A DNA stretch of 57,157 bases, taken from positions 1 to 57,157 of IMG/VR virus record IMGVR_UViG_3300028829_000632; one strand, written 5' to 3'. The stretch is from a virus. Its lineage: Duplodnaviria; Caudoviricetes. Positions 16,178-25,032 of the stretch are shown piece by piece. The stretch's first letter is position 1, and every line of letters begins with the position of its first letter. The notes below the pieces were generated by a model. It saw nothing but the letters and a program-made list of their open reading frames with translations, was not told the DNA's origin and ran no database searches. A program made the position numbers and the translations under genes.

Positions 16178-17836
16178 ATGACAGACACAGCAACTTTCGT
16201 ACACCACCTACCATGTAAATCTTGTGGCTCTTCTGATGCAAACTCTTTGTACTCAGATGGTCACCAGTACTGTCACAAATGTGAAGAATTTATCCCATCC
16301 AATGAGGAAACAAGTATGCAAACTAATACAGTTGTATCTATTGATAAGACAAAGCCTTTGAATAAGTATGACAACGCTGTTATTTCTGATCTTGGTGATC
16401 GTAAGATTGCTGCTGATACGGCCAAGCTTTATGGTGTATCAGTTGTTAAAAACAATGCTACTATTACCCATCACCTATACTCTTACAGAGGATCAGACGG
16501 TGAGTTGATTGGTCGTAAGATCAGAGGCGTTGAAGGTAAGAAGTTCTGGTCGGAGGGCAACCTCTCCGATGCAGGTTTGTTTGGTCAGCATCTATTCCCT
16601 CGCAAGGGCAAGTATGTCACTGTCTGTGAGGGTGAGCTTGATGCTATGTCAGCTTATGAGATACTGGGTTCCAAGTGGCCCGTTGTCTCTCTCAAGAACG
16701 GTGCTGGTGCAGCAGTAAAGAACTGTAAGGAATCATTTGATTTCCTTAACATGTTTGATAACATTGTTCTGTGCTTTGACAATGACAAGGAAGGACGCGA
16801 AGCAGCACAGAAGGTAGGCCAACTGTTTGAGCCTAACAAATGTAAGATTGTCCATCTTGCCATGAAGGATGCTAATGAGTACCTGAAGACAGGTCAGCGT
16901 CAGCAGTTTGTTGAGATGTGGTGGAACGCTAAGTCCTATACACCAGCAGGTATCCTAAATCTTAATGAGCTAGGTTCTTCGTTGTATGACGAAGCATACT
17001 TTGAATCAGTCCAATACCCTTGGTCTAAGCTCAACGAGAAGACATACGGTATGCGTACAGGTGAACTAGTTACGTTTACGAGTGGTGCTGGTATGGGTAA
17101 GAGTAGTATCATTCGAGAACTTATGCATCATATTATGTGTACTACTAAGTACAACATTGGTGTACTAGCACTAGAAGAAAGTGTACGTAACACTGCATTC
17201 AATCTTATGTCAGTGGAAGCTAACGCAAGATTGTATATCAAAGAGATCAGGGACCAGTTCACACAAGAACAGTTGAATGATTGGCAGGAGAAGACAGTAG
17301 GTACTGGTAGGTTCTTTGCCTTCGATCACTTTGGTTCTATCTCTAACGACGAGATACTAGACCGTGTTCGTTACATGGCAAAGGCTCTTGATTGTAAATG
17401 GATTTTCCTCGATCATCTGTCCATCCTTGTATCAGGACAGGAAGATAAGGGTGATGAGCGTAAGTCTATTGATATCCTTATGACTAAGCTACGTTCTCTT
17501 GTTGAGGAGACAGGCATTGGCTTGCTACTTGTCAGCCACCTACGCCGTCCATCAGGCGACAAGGGCCATGAGGATGGTCGCGAGGTAAGCCTGTCACATC
17601 TTCGTGGGTCAGCATCTATTGCACATCTCAGTGATAGTGTGATAGCATTGGAGCGTAACCAACAGGCTACCGATGAGGTAGAAGCCAACACAACTACACT
17701 ACGCATCTTGAAGAACCGTTACACAGGAGACACAGGAGTATCGACACATCTCCATTACGACAGTGAGACAGGACGTATGACACAGATTGACAATCCTTTT
17801 GTTGATAATGAAGATGATCAAGATATTCCTTTCTAA
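16178..17836 (+). CDS. T7 gp4-like primase-helicase
   Basis: C..CGSSDA zinc finger, TOPRIM EGELDA/FDNDKEG, Walker A SGAGMGKS, LDHLSI, LRGSASIAHLSD. Confidence 0.95.
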   Translation: MTDTATFVHHLPCKSCGSSDANSLYSDGHQYCHKCEEFIPSNEETSMQTNTVVSIDKTKPLNKYDNAVISDLGDRKIAADTAKLYGVSVVKNNATITHHLYSYRGSDGELIGRKIRGVEGKKFWSEGNLSDAGLFGQHLFPRKGKYVTVCEGELDAMSAYEILGSKWPVVSLKNGAGAAVKNCKESFDFLNMFDNIVLCFDNDKEGREAAQKVGQLFEPNKCKIVHLAMKDANEYLKTGQRQQFVEMWWNAKSYTPAGILNLNELGSSLYDEAYFESVQYPWSKLNEKTYGMRTGELVTFTSGAGMGKSSIIRELMHHIMCTTKYNIGVLALEESVRNTAFNLMSVEANARLYIKEIRDQFTQEQLNDWQEKTVGTGRFFAFDHFGSISNDEILDRVRYMAKALDCKWIFLDHLSILVSGQEDKGDERKSIDILMTKLRSLVEETGIGLLLVSHLRRPSGDKGHEDGREVSLSHLRGSASIAHLSDSVIALERNQQATDEVEANTTTLRILKNRYTGDTGVSTHLHYDSETGRMTQIDNPFVDNEDDQDIPF

Positions 17837-17838
17837 AT

Positions 17839-19470
17839 ATGAGAGCTATTGTAGACATAGAAACAGATGCTATTGATGCTACAGTTATCCACTGCATCGT
17901 AGCAAGAGACTACGACAACGGTACTGAGTGGTCGTGGGTAGGTGAGGAGTGTCACGAGTTTGTTTCGTGGGCTAAGAATGTAGAACAATTTATAATGCAC
18001 AATGGCATTAGCTTTGATGCACCTGTCTTAAACAGACTGATAGGTTCTACAATACAGCTACGACAGATTCGTGACACCCTCATTGAATCACAGTTGTTTA
18101 ACCCTGTCAGAGAAGGAGGACATTCCCTCAAGGCATGGGGCGAGAGACTGAGTGATATTAAGATAGAGTTCAAAGAGTTTGATTGTTACACGCCAGAGAT
18201 GCTAGAGTATTGTAAGCAGGACGTTAGGCTTACACACAAGGTAGCACAACAGCTAGACAAGGAGGGAGTAAAGTTTTCTACAAAAAGCATACGCTTAGAA
18301 AATTGTGTTAGAGCTATCGTAGATCAGCAAGAGAAGAATGGTTTTACTCTTAACCTTCGTGGAGCCATGATGCTGCTATCTGAGTTACAAGAAGAAGAGG
18401 AAGGCTTAGTGGCTACAGCAACTGAGATGTTCCCGCCTAAAGAACTACAGCTAAAGACAAAGATTAAATACATACCCTTCAACATTGCTTCTCGTAAGCA
18501 GATAGCAGAACGCCTGATGGCTAAAGGCTGGAAGCCTACTAAGCATACAGACAAAGGTAATGTTATTGTCAATGAAGAAACTCTAAGCCACATTAAGATG
18601 CCAGAAGCTCAGATGTTCAGTAGGTTTTTCTTGCTACAGAAAAGAACAGGTATGCTTAAATCGTGGATCAAAGAGTGTCACGATGACGACAAGGTACGAG
18701 GCAGGGTAATGACACTGAAGACTATCACGGGCCGTATGGCTCACAATAGTCCTAACATGGCACAAGTCCCAGCCTCGTACAGTCCTTATGGTAAAGAGTT
18801 CAGATCACTATGGACCATCTCTGATCCAGACAATTATAATTTAATTGGTACTGATGCTTCTGGTCTAGAGCTACGGTGCCTTGCACATTACATGAAAGAC
18901 AAGGAGTATATACATGAAGTAGTTAATGGAGATGTACACACAGCCAACATGAAGATGGCAGGTCTCACCAACAGAGATCAGGCAAAGACTTTTATCTATG
19001 CCTTTCTCTATGGTGCTGGTCCTGCTAAGATTGGTAAGGTTGTTGGAGGTGGAGCGGCACAGGGCAGAGAGCTTATAGAAAGGTTTCTAAGCAACATGCC
19101 AGCTCTGAAAAGACTTCGTACACAAGTCACTGAAGCTGCAACCCAAGGGTCCATCAAAGGATTAGATGGTAGGTGGTTGCAGATACGGTCTGAACATGCT
19201 GCGCTCAATACCTTGTTGCAAGGTGCAGGAGCAATCATCTGTAAGGAATGGTTGGTTCAGATGACAAAGCAAATCAATGAGATGAAACTAAATGCCAAGC
19301 TTGTAGGTTCTATTCACGATGAGTATCAGTTTGAAGTTAGCATAGAAGATACTCCTCAGTTTTGTGAGATAACCAAGCAAGCTATTCTGGACACTGAGAA
19401 AATACTAGGAGTTATCTGCCCCTTAGATTCAGAATATAAAGTAGGAAAAACATGGGCAGAGACCCATTAA
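17839..19470 (+). CDS. polA: DNA polymerase family A (T7-like)
   Basis: Exo DIET, HNGISFD, YCKQDV; motif A DASGLELR, B RDQAKTFIYAFLYG, C IHDE. Confidence 0.95.
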   Translation: MRAIVDIETDAIDATVIHCIVARDYDNGTEWSWVGEECHEFVSWAKNVEQFIMHNGISFDAPVLNRLIGSTIQLRQIRDTLIESQLFNPVREGGHSLKAWGERLSDIKIEFKEFDCYTPEMLEYCKQDVRLTHKVAQQLDKEGVKFSTKSIRLENCVRAIVDQQEKNGFTLNLRGAMMLLSELQEEEEGLVATATEMFPPKELQLKTKIKYIPFNIASRKQIAERLMAKGWKPTKHTDKGNVIVNEETLSHIKMPEAQMFSRFFLLQKRTGMLKSWIKECHDDDKVRGRVMTLKTITGRMAHNSPNMAQVPASYSPYGKEFRSLWTISDPDNYNLIGTDASGLELRCLAHYMKDKEYIHEVVNGDVHTANMKMAGLTNRDQAKTFIYAFLYGAGPAKIGKVVGGGAAQGRELIERFLSNMPALKRLRTQVTEAATQGSIKGLDGRWLQIRSEHAALNTLLQGAGAIICKEWLVQMTKQINEMKLNAKLVGSIHDEYQFEVSIEDTPQFCEITKQAILDTEKILGVICPLDSEYKVGKTWAETH

Positions 19471-19474
19471 TAAG

Positions 19475-19556
19475 TTGACAAGCCTACTTAAAGAGAGTAT
19501 GATGTAAAAATAAAGTACAAGGAAGTGTTGATTTCATATCAACCTTATGTTATAAT
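19475..19556 (+). promoter_or_regulatory. Two tandem sigma70-like promoters upstream of SSB
   Basis: TTGACA-17-TATGAT (19475-19503) and TTGATT-17-TATAAT with extended TG (19528-19556). Confidence 0.7.
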
Positions 19557-19615
19557 GTTTGTTCTTGTGTAGTAGACAAGATGGAAACTAAATAGAAACT
19601 CTAGGAGAAATTAAA

Positions 19616-20122
19616 ATGACTACCACCGAATATGCAGCCCCTATTTTTATTACTGGTGAAGCTTACTGGGCAAAGGTGTTTGAGCCTAACACGATCAACC
19701 CTGAGAAGCCTGAGTACACGATTGACATTTGTAATCTTGACCCAGAAAATCTGAAGATTGCACAGGATGCAGGACTATCTGTTAAGAATGTATCAGCACA
19801 GAAGCCAGATGATAAGCGTGGTAATTTTGTTACGCTGAAACAGTTTACCACTAACTACAATGGTGATCCCCGTAGCATTCGAGTAGTGGATGCACAACGT
19901 AATTCTTTCCCTGCCAATACCTTGATTGGTAATGGTTCAAAGGTATGTGCAAAAGCTTTTGCTAAAGCATGGACCTTTGGTGGTAAAGAAGGTGTTAAGG
20001 GATACCTTGACTCCTTGCAGGTACGTGAGCTTGTTGAGTATGCAAGCAGCGGTCCTGACTTTGATGTGGTCCCTGATGGGTACACGAGTAACGAAGCAGT
20101 AGACTTCCCCCTAGCTTCGTAA
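19616..20122 (+). CDS. T7 gp2.5-like ssDNA-binding protein
   Basis: G.AYWAKVFEP, VVDA....LIGNGSKV, L..LQV.ELVEY, acidic tail. Confidence 0.8.
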   Translation: MTTTEYAAPIFITGEAYWAKVFEPNTINPEKPEYTIDICNLDPENLKIAQDAGLSVKNVSAQKPDDKRGNFVTLKQFTTNYNGDPRSIRVVDAQRNSFPANTLIGNGSKVCAKAFAKAWTFGGKEGVKGYLDSLQVRELVEYASSGPDFDVVPDGYTSNEAVDFPLAS

Positions 20123-20134
20123 TTTAAAAGGAGA

Positions 20135-20173
20135 AGAGGGGCATCTATTAATTTAGGTGTCCCTCTAATTTTT
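20135..20173 (+). terminator. Stem-loop after SSB
   Basis: AGAGGGGCATCTA-TTAATT-TAGGTGTCCCTCT then AATTTTT. Confidence 0.55.
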
Positions 20174-21037
20174 ATGACAAAAACAATTGATACTTTAGTT
20201 GAAGATATTTATAAGCTATTTACTTTTGATCCTATTGATATGGATGAAGCCGAGGTAGACAAGCACATTGATACCTTTGGAGAGATGTTGAAGACACACG
20301 TTAAAGACTTCATGAACGAAACTCCAAGGGATCGTAGAGGTCTACGGCTATCAGCCATTGGCAAACCAAACAGACAGTTATGGTATGACTCAAGAGACCA
20401 AACAACTGAAGATCATATTCAACCAAGCACAAGAATTAAATTCTTATACGGATATATCTTAGAAGAACTGTTGTTGCTATGTGCTACTGTCTCAGGACAT
20501 ACAGTCACTGACCAGCAACGAGAGCTAACCTTAGAGGGTGTTAAGGGACATCAAGATTCACTTATTGATGGTGTCCTTATTGATTGTAAGAGTGCATCTG
20601 GCAGGAGCTTTGATAAGTTTAAGCGCAACGATCTAGTGAACGACGATCCTTTCGGTTACATCGCACAGATTTCAGCCTATGCACAAGCAAATGGATTGAG
20701 CGAGGCTGGGTTCTTGGTCATTGATAAATCAACTGGTGAGATATGTCTATCAAAAGTACATTCAATGGAGATGATAAATGCGTCTGAACGTATCAAAGAA
20801 CTCAAGGAAGTGGTTGCACCGTCGTCCACGGTCCCTGATAGGTGCTACTCTGCTGTTCCTGATGGTAAGTCTGGTAACATGCGTCTTCCTATTGGTTGTG
20901 TTTATTGCCGCCATAACAGAGAATGTTGGCAAGATGCGAATCAAGGCCAAGGCTTACGTACTTTTAAATATGCGTCGGGTAAAAGACATCTTGTCCAAGT
21001 AAACAAGACACCTGATGTTGAAGAGGTTGCATACTAA
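20174..21037 (+). CDS. RecB/Cas4-like PD-(D/E)xK exonuclease
   Basis: LRLSAIGK..RQLWY, GHQD..IDG.LIDCKSAS, GYIAQ.SAY, CVYC....ECW. Confidence 0.85.
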   Translation: MTKTIDTLVEDIYKLFTFDPIDMDEAEVDKHIDTFGEMLKTHVKDFMNETPRDRRGLRLSAIGKPNRQLWYDSRDQTTEDHIQPSTRIKFLYGYILEELLLLCATVSGHTVTDQQRELTLEGVKGHQDSLIDGVLIDCKSASGRSFDKFKRNDLVNDDPFGYIAQISAYAQANGLSEAGFLVIDKSTGEICLSKVHSMEMINASERIKELKEVVAPSSTVPDRCYSAVPDGKSGNMRLPIGCVYCRHNRECWQDANQGQGLRTFKYASGKRHLVQVNKTPDVEEVAY

Positions 21038-21436
21038 ATGCACTGGGAGTATGATAAGGACAGCAACATCCACAAATACTTTGGATTTGTTTACTGCATT
21101 ACAAACAAGAAAACAAAGAAAGCCTACATAGGCTGTAAGCAGTACTGGTCTTTCCGTAAGGGTAAGAAAAAAACTGAATCCAACTGGAAAGTATATGCAG
21201 GTTCTAGTCGTCACCTCAAGGAAGACATTGATAAGCACGGTAAAGATAATTTTAGATTTGAAATTCTAGGAGAGTTTAAAAATAAAAGAAGCATGAAGTA
21301 TTATGAGTGCTACCACCAAGTAACACGGCATGTTCTGACTGCTACACTGGAAGGTACAGATGAGCCAGCCTACTACAACAACTGGGTAGGCGGTAAGTTC
21401 TACAGACCAGTACAGGATTTTAATTTAGATGAATGA
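21038..21436 (+). CDS. GIY-YIG-family endonuclease-like protein
   Basis: FGFVYCITN.....AYIGCKQ...W..YAGSS. Confidence 0.75.
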   Translation: MHWEYDKDSNIHKYFGFVYCITNKKTKKAYIGCKQYWSFRKGKKKTESNWKVYAGSSRHLKEDIDKHGKDNFRFEILGEFKNKRSMKYYECYHQVTRHVLTATLEGTDEPAYYNNWVGGKFYRPVQDFNLDE

Positions 21437-21746
21437 GCCTTTACTAGAATCTTTATACGATCAATTAAATAAAGACCCACATAAAGTTTTATACGTATCT
21501 GTTATCTTACAGGCTTTCTTAGATTTGTTTAAAGAGAAACGAAGCTATGAAGCCAGCAGTATTACACTTGAAAGAGATCAAGCTAAGGCATGGTTCTTTG
21601 CATCTGTTGGTGTGACAAGCGAAGACTTTGAAATAATCTGTACCCATGCAGGGCTTGAACCTCACAAGGTAAGGAGCTTTGCTTTGAAGGTAATCGAAAC
21701 AGGAGATCAAGAGAATGTCAGAAGAAGGATCAACACGCTCCTCTAG
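21429..21746 (+). CDS. Hypothetical protein
   Basis: SVILQAFLD...AKAWFF...DF..IC..AGL.P. Confidence 0.7.
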   Translation: MNEPLLESLYDQLNKDPHKVLYVSVILQAFLDLFKEKRSYEASSITLERDQAKAWFFASVGVTSEDFEIICTHAGLEPHKVRSFALKVIETGDQENVRRRINTLL

Positions 21747-22005
21747 AGAAGGATCAGAAGAGTACTATCTAAGACGTTATAAAGAAGACACCAACAACAC
21801 TCTGACCAAGCAGGTTGGAGGCAATCACTACAAAGACTGCGGCATCCAGCCAGTAGAATATATTCATGCTAATAGCCTTGACTATTTTGAGGGTAATGTA
21901 GTAAAGTATATCACACGCCATCGTGCCAAAGGAGAAGGGGAGAAAGACATTAAGAAAGCTATCCACTATGCAGAGTTAATCTTAGAATTGTATTACAATA
22001 AATAG
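21715..22005 (+). CDS. DUF3310 (T7 gp1.7-like nucleotide kinase) protein
   Basis: QVGGNHY..CGIQP.EYI...GNVVKY..R...KG...DIKKA.HY. Confidence 0.85.
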   Translation: MSEEGSTRSSREGSEEYYLRRYKEDTNNTLTKQVGGNHYKDCGIQPVEYIHANSLDYFEGNVVKYITRHRAKGEGEKDIKKAIHYAELILELYYNK

Positions 22006-22024
22006 AAGTACGAAGGGGAAGTGT

Positions 22025-23701
22025 ATGTTTAAATCAAATAGAAATCCACAGTTCAGGTCTAAGTTCAGTGAAGATATTTTCAATACTAAATACTCACACA
22101 CAGGTGCAGAAACTATGCACGAACTGGCATGTACTCTGGTTGAAGATGTATGTCAGAGCTATCTAACTCGTGACGAGAAGGACGAACTGATTGACCACAT
22201 GTCTAACCTCCGCTTCCTTCCGGGTGGTAGATATTTATACTATGCAGGACGCGAAAAGAAATTCTTTAATAATTGTTACCTTCTTCGAGCAGAAAAAGAT
22301 ACCAGAGAAGATTGGGCTGACCTGTCTTGGAAGTCTGAGTCATGCTTGATGACAGGTGGTGGTATTGGTATTGATTACTCTGTCTATCGTGGAGAAGGGG
22401 CGGTCCTTAAAGGCACAGGTGGGACAGCTAGTGGTCCTATCCCTAAGATGCAGATGATTAACGAGATTGGCCGCAGGGTTATGCAGGGTGGTAGCAGACG
22501 TAGTGCTATCTATGCTTCGCTTAACCATCAGCATCCAGACATCATGCAATTCCTTAATGCTAAGAACTGGAATGACATGCCTGTAGGAAAAACAGGGCAG
22601 ACTTATTTCGATGTTAAGCAAGATGACTTTGACTTCCCTTGTCCTCTTGATATGACAAATATCAGTGTGAATTATGATACTGATTGGTTGTTGAATTACT
22701 GGGAGACAGGAGAAATTGGAGATGTCTTTAGGTACAATGTGCAACAGGCTCTTAGAAGTGCCGAACCCGGATTTAGTTTTAACTTCTTTGAGAAAGAAAA
22801 TGAGACCCTTCGTAATGCTTGTACTGAGGTTACGTCCGAAGACGACAGTGATGTCTGTAACCTTGGCAGTCTTAATTTTGCTAGGATTGATGACCTCGGC
22901 CAACTCAAAGATGTTGTTCAACTCGCAACCAAGTTTCTCTTGTGTGGAACATTACGAGCACAGCTACCTTATGATAAGATTAAAACTGTCCGTGAGAAAA
23001 ACAGGCGGCTTGGCTTGGGACTCATGGGGCTTCACGAATGGCTTATCCAACGAGGACATAGGTACGAGACTACCCCAGAACTGCATCGCTGGCTTAAAGT
23101 TTACGAGGCAGAGTCCGACAGAATTGCCAGAGACTTTTCAAAAACACTTTCTGTTTCACGACCAGCAGCGGTTAGAGCGGTTGCGCCTACTGGAACAATC
23201 GGTATTCTGGCTGGAACTTCCACAGGTGTTGAGCCTATATTTGCAGTGGCATACAAACGACGCTACCTCAAGTCAAAGAAGTGGCACTACCAGTATGTGG
23301 TAGACAGTGCCGCTCAAGAGATGATTGATCTCTATGATACTAAGCCAGAGAAAATTGAATCAGCAATTGATCTTGCCACTGACTACGAACGACGACTAAG
23401 TTTCCAAGCTAACGTGCAGGAGTATGTAGATATGTCTATTTCTAGCACTATCAATCTTCCTGCATGGGGAACACCTAACAACAATGAAGATGGTGTAGAA
23501 GACTTTGCACAGACGTTGGCTAAGTATGCTCACAGACTACGTGGCTTCACTTGCTTCCCTGACGGGTGCCGTGGTGGTCAGCCTTTGACTGCTGTTCCTT
23601 ATGCGGAAGCAGTTGTAAAGCTGGGCGAAGAATTTGAAGACAACGTACAGACACATGACATCTGCGACATTAGTGGGAGCGGTGGGGTTTGTGGAGTGTA
23701 A
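22025..23701 (+). CDS. nrdJ: Ribonucleotide reductase, class II (B12-dependent)
   Basis: PGGR, NNCY, NACTE, CNLGS, APTGT, SISSTINLP, C-terminal Cys pair; no beta subunit gene in genome. Confidence 0.85.
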   Translation: MFKSNRNPQFRSKFSEDIFNTKYSHTGAETMHELACTLVEDVCQSYLTRDEKDELIDHMSNLRFLPGGRYLYYAGREKKFFNNCYLLRAEKDTREDWADLSWKSESCLMTGGGIGIDYSVYRGEGAVLKGTGGTASGPIPKMQMINEIGRRVMQGGSRRSAIYASLNHQHPDIMQFLNAKNWNDMPVGKTGQTYFDVKQDDFDFPCPLDMTNISVNYDTDWLLNYWETGEIGDVFRYNVQQALRSAEPGFSFNFFEKENETLRNACTEVTSEDDSDVCNLGSLNFARIDDLGQLKDVVQLATKFLLCGTLRAQLPYDKIKTVREKNRRLGLGLMGLHEWLIQRGHRYETTPELHRWLKVYEAESDRIARDFSKTLSVSRPAAVRAVAPTGTIGILAGTSTGVEPIFAVAYKRRYLKSKKWHYQYVVDSAAQEMIDLYDTKPEKIESAIDLATDYERRLSFQANVQEYVDMSISSTINLPAWGTPNNNEDGVEDFAQTLAKYAHRLRGFTCFPDGCRGGQPLTAVPYAEAVVKLGEEFEDNVQTHDICDISGSGGVCGV

Positions 23702-23708
23702 AAAAGAC

Positions 23709-23737
23709 TTGCACTATAAATAAAAATACTATATAAT
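23709..23737 (+). promoter_or_regulatory. sigma70-like promoter of hsp20/glyco operon
   Basis: TTGCAC-17-TATAAT. Confidence 0.65.
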
Positions 23738-23792
23738 ATATATGAAGCTGCTAAAACAGGGCTTCACTAACTCGCCAAAGGAGAAAAATATT

Positions 23793-24203
23793 ATGCCAAA
23801 TATTACAAGAACAGTATTAAGTAACTATGCAATTGGGTTTGATTCTTTATTTCAGGAACTGGAAAATATCAAAGATCAGTTTAGTAGCAACTATCCACCA
23901 CATAACATTACCAAGATTGACGAAAATAATTTTAAATTAAGTCTTGCTGTAGCAGGATTTACTAAAGAGGAATTATCAATTACCTCTGAAGATGGTTTGG
24001 TTTCTGTCAAAGGTAGCAGAGATACAAAAAATAAAACTGAAAACTTATACAACGGTATTGCAGAAAGAGATTTTTATAAAAGGTTTAAGATGAGTGAGCA
24101 TATGGAAGTTGTTGATTCTAAACTCATGAATGGTATTTTAACTTTGTCTCTTCAAAGAGAAGTTCCAAAAGAAAAGCAACCCAAGACTATTAAAATTAAC
24201 TAA
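23793..24203 (+). CDS. Small heat-shock protein Hsp20
   Basis: IGFD.LF, NYPPHNI, LAVAGF, GIAERDF...F, NGILT..L.RE.P....PK.I.I; AAGGAG RBS before ATG 23793. Confidence 0.92.
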   Translation: MPNITRTVLSNYAIGFDSLFQELENIKDQFSSNYPPHNITKIDENNFKLSLAVAGFTKEELSITSEDGLVSVKGSRDTKNKTENLYNGIAERDFYKRFKMSEHMEVVDSKLMNGILTLSLQREVPKEKQPKTIKIN

Positions 24204-24211
24204 GGAAAGGA

Positions 24212-24250
24212 TGTAGAGAGGGGGTTGTAGCTTCCTCTCTACAACTATTT
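24212..24250 (+). terminator. Stem-loop after hsp20
   Basis: TGTAGAGAGGGGGTT-GT-AGCTTCCTCTCTACA. Confidence 0.5.
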
Positions 24251-24252
24251 AT

Positions 24253-25032
24253 ATGTCTAAAGAATTACCATTTACTGTATACATAGGATACGATCCACGC
24301 GAACAAACAGCCTATGATGTATGTAAGTTTGCTATCGAACGTACCGCATCTAAAGCTGTACGAATTATACCCATTAAACGCCCCACTGTTGAGCGCATGG
24401 GTCTATACTACAGACAGTTTGATATTGTAGACGATCAGTTCATTGACCTGAAAGATGGTCGCCCTTTCTCTACTGATTTTAGTTTTACTAGGTTCCTTGT
24501 GCCAGCACTTAATATGTACGAGGGCTGGGCTTTATATATGGACTGTGATATGTATATGCGGACAGACATTAATGATTTGTTTGAAGAGTATACTACTCAG
24601 GAGTACTCAGATTTTTATCCTTTGTTTTGTGTGCAGCATGATTATGCTCCTACAGAAACAGTTAAGATGGATGGTAAGCTACAAGAAAATTATTTTAGAA
24701 AGAACTGGTCTAGCTTTGTACTATGGAACTGTGCTCACCCAGCACATCAGAAGCTAACAATTAATGAGATCAATTCAAACAGTGGGTCTTGGCTACATAA
24801 GTTTGGCTGGCTTTCTGATAAAGCATCTGACATTGGCAAGATCACAGAGGACTGGAACTGGCTTGATGGACATTCAGATGTAAACCTTAATGCTAAAAAT
24901 GTTCACTTCACAACTGGTGGTCCTTGGTTTAAGGATTGGAATTGTCAGAGAACTATGGATGCACAGTATGCCTCCGAGTGGAATATGGATTATTCTTATT
25001 TACTTTTACATGGACTGACTAATGAAATATAA
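24253..25032 (+). CDS. GT-A glycosyltransferase (GT8/CDI-like)
   Basis: YIGYDPRE, STDFSFTRFLVP, YMDCDM (DxD), RKNWSS, WNWL, VHFTTGGPWF. Confidence 0.85.
   Translation: MSKELPFTVYIGYDPREQTAYDVCKFAIERTASKAVRIIPIKRPTVERMGLYYRQFDIVDDQFIDLKDGRPFSTDFSFTRFLVPALNMYEGWALYMDCDMYMRTDINDLFEEYTTQEYSDFYPLFCVQHDYAPTETVKMDGKLQENYFRKNWSSFVLWNCAHPAHQKLTINEINSNSGSWLHKFGWLSDKASDIGKITEDWNWLDGHSDVNLNAKNVHFTTGGPWFKDWNCQRTMDAQYASEWNMDYSYLLLHGLTNEI

Noticed and set aside
17839-23701. Introns/inteins in polA or nrdJ, or an alternative genetic code
   Set aside because: Genes are compact and uninterrupted in the standard code; no suppressor tRNA is seen
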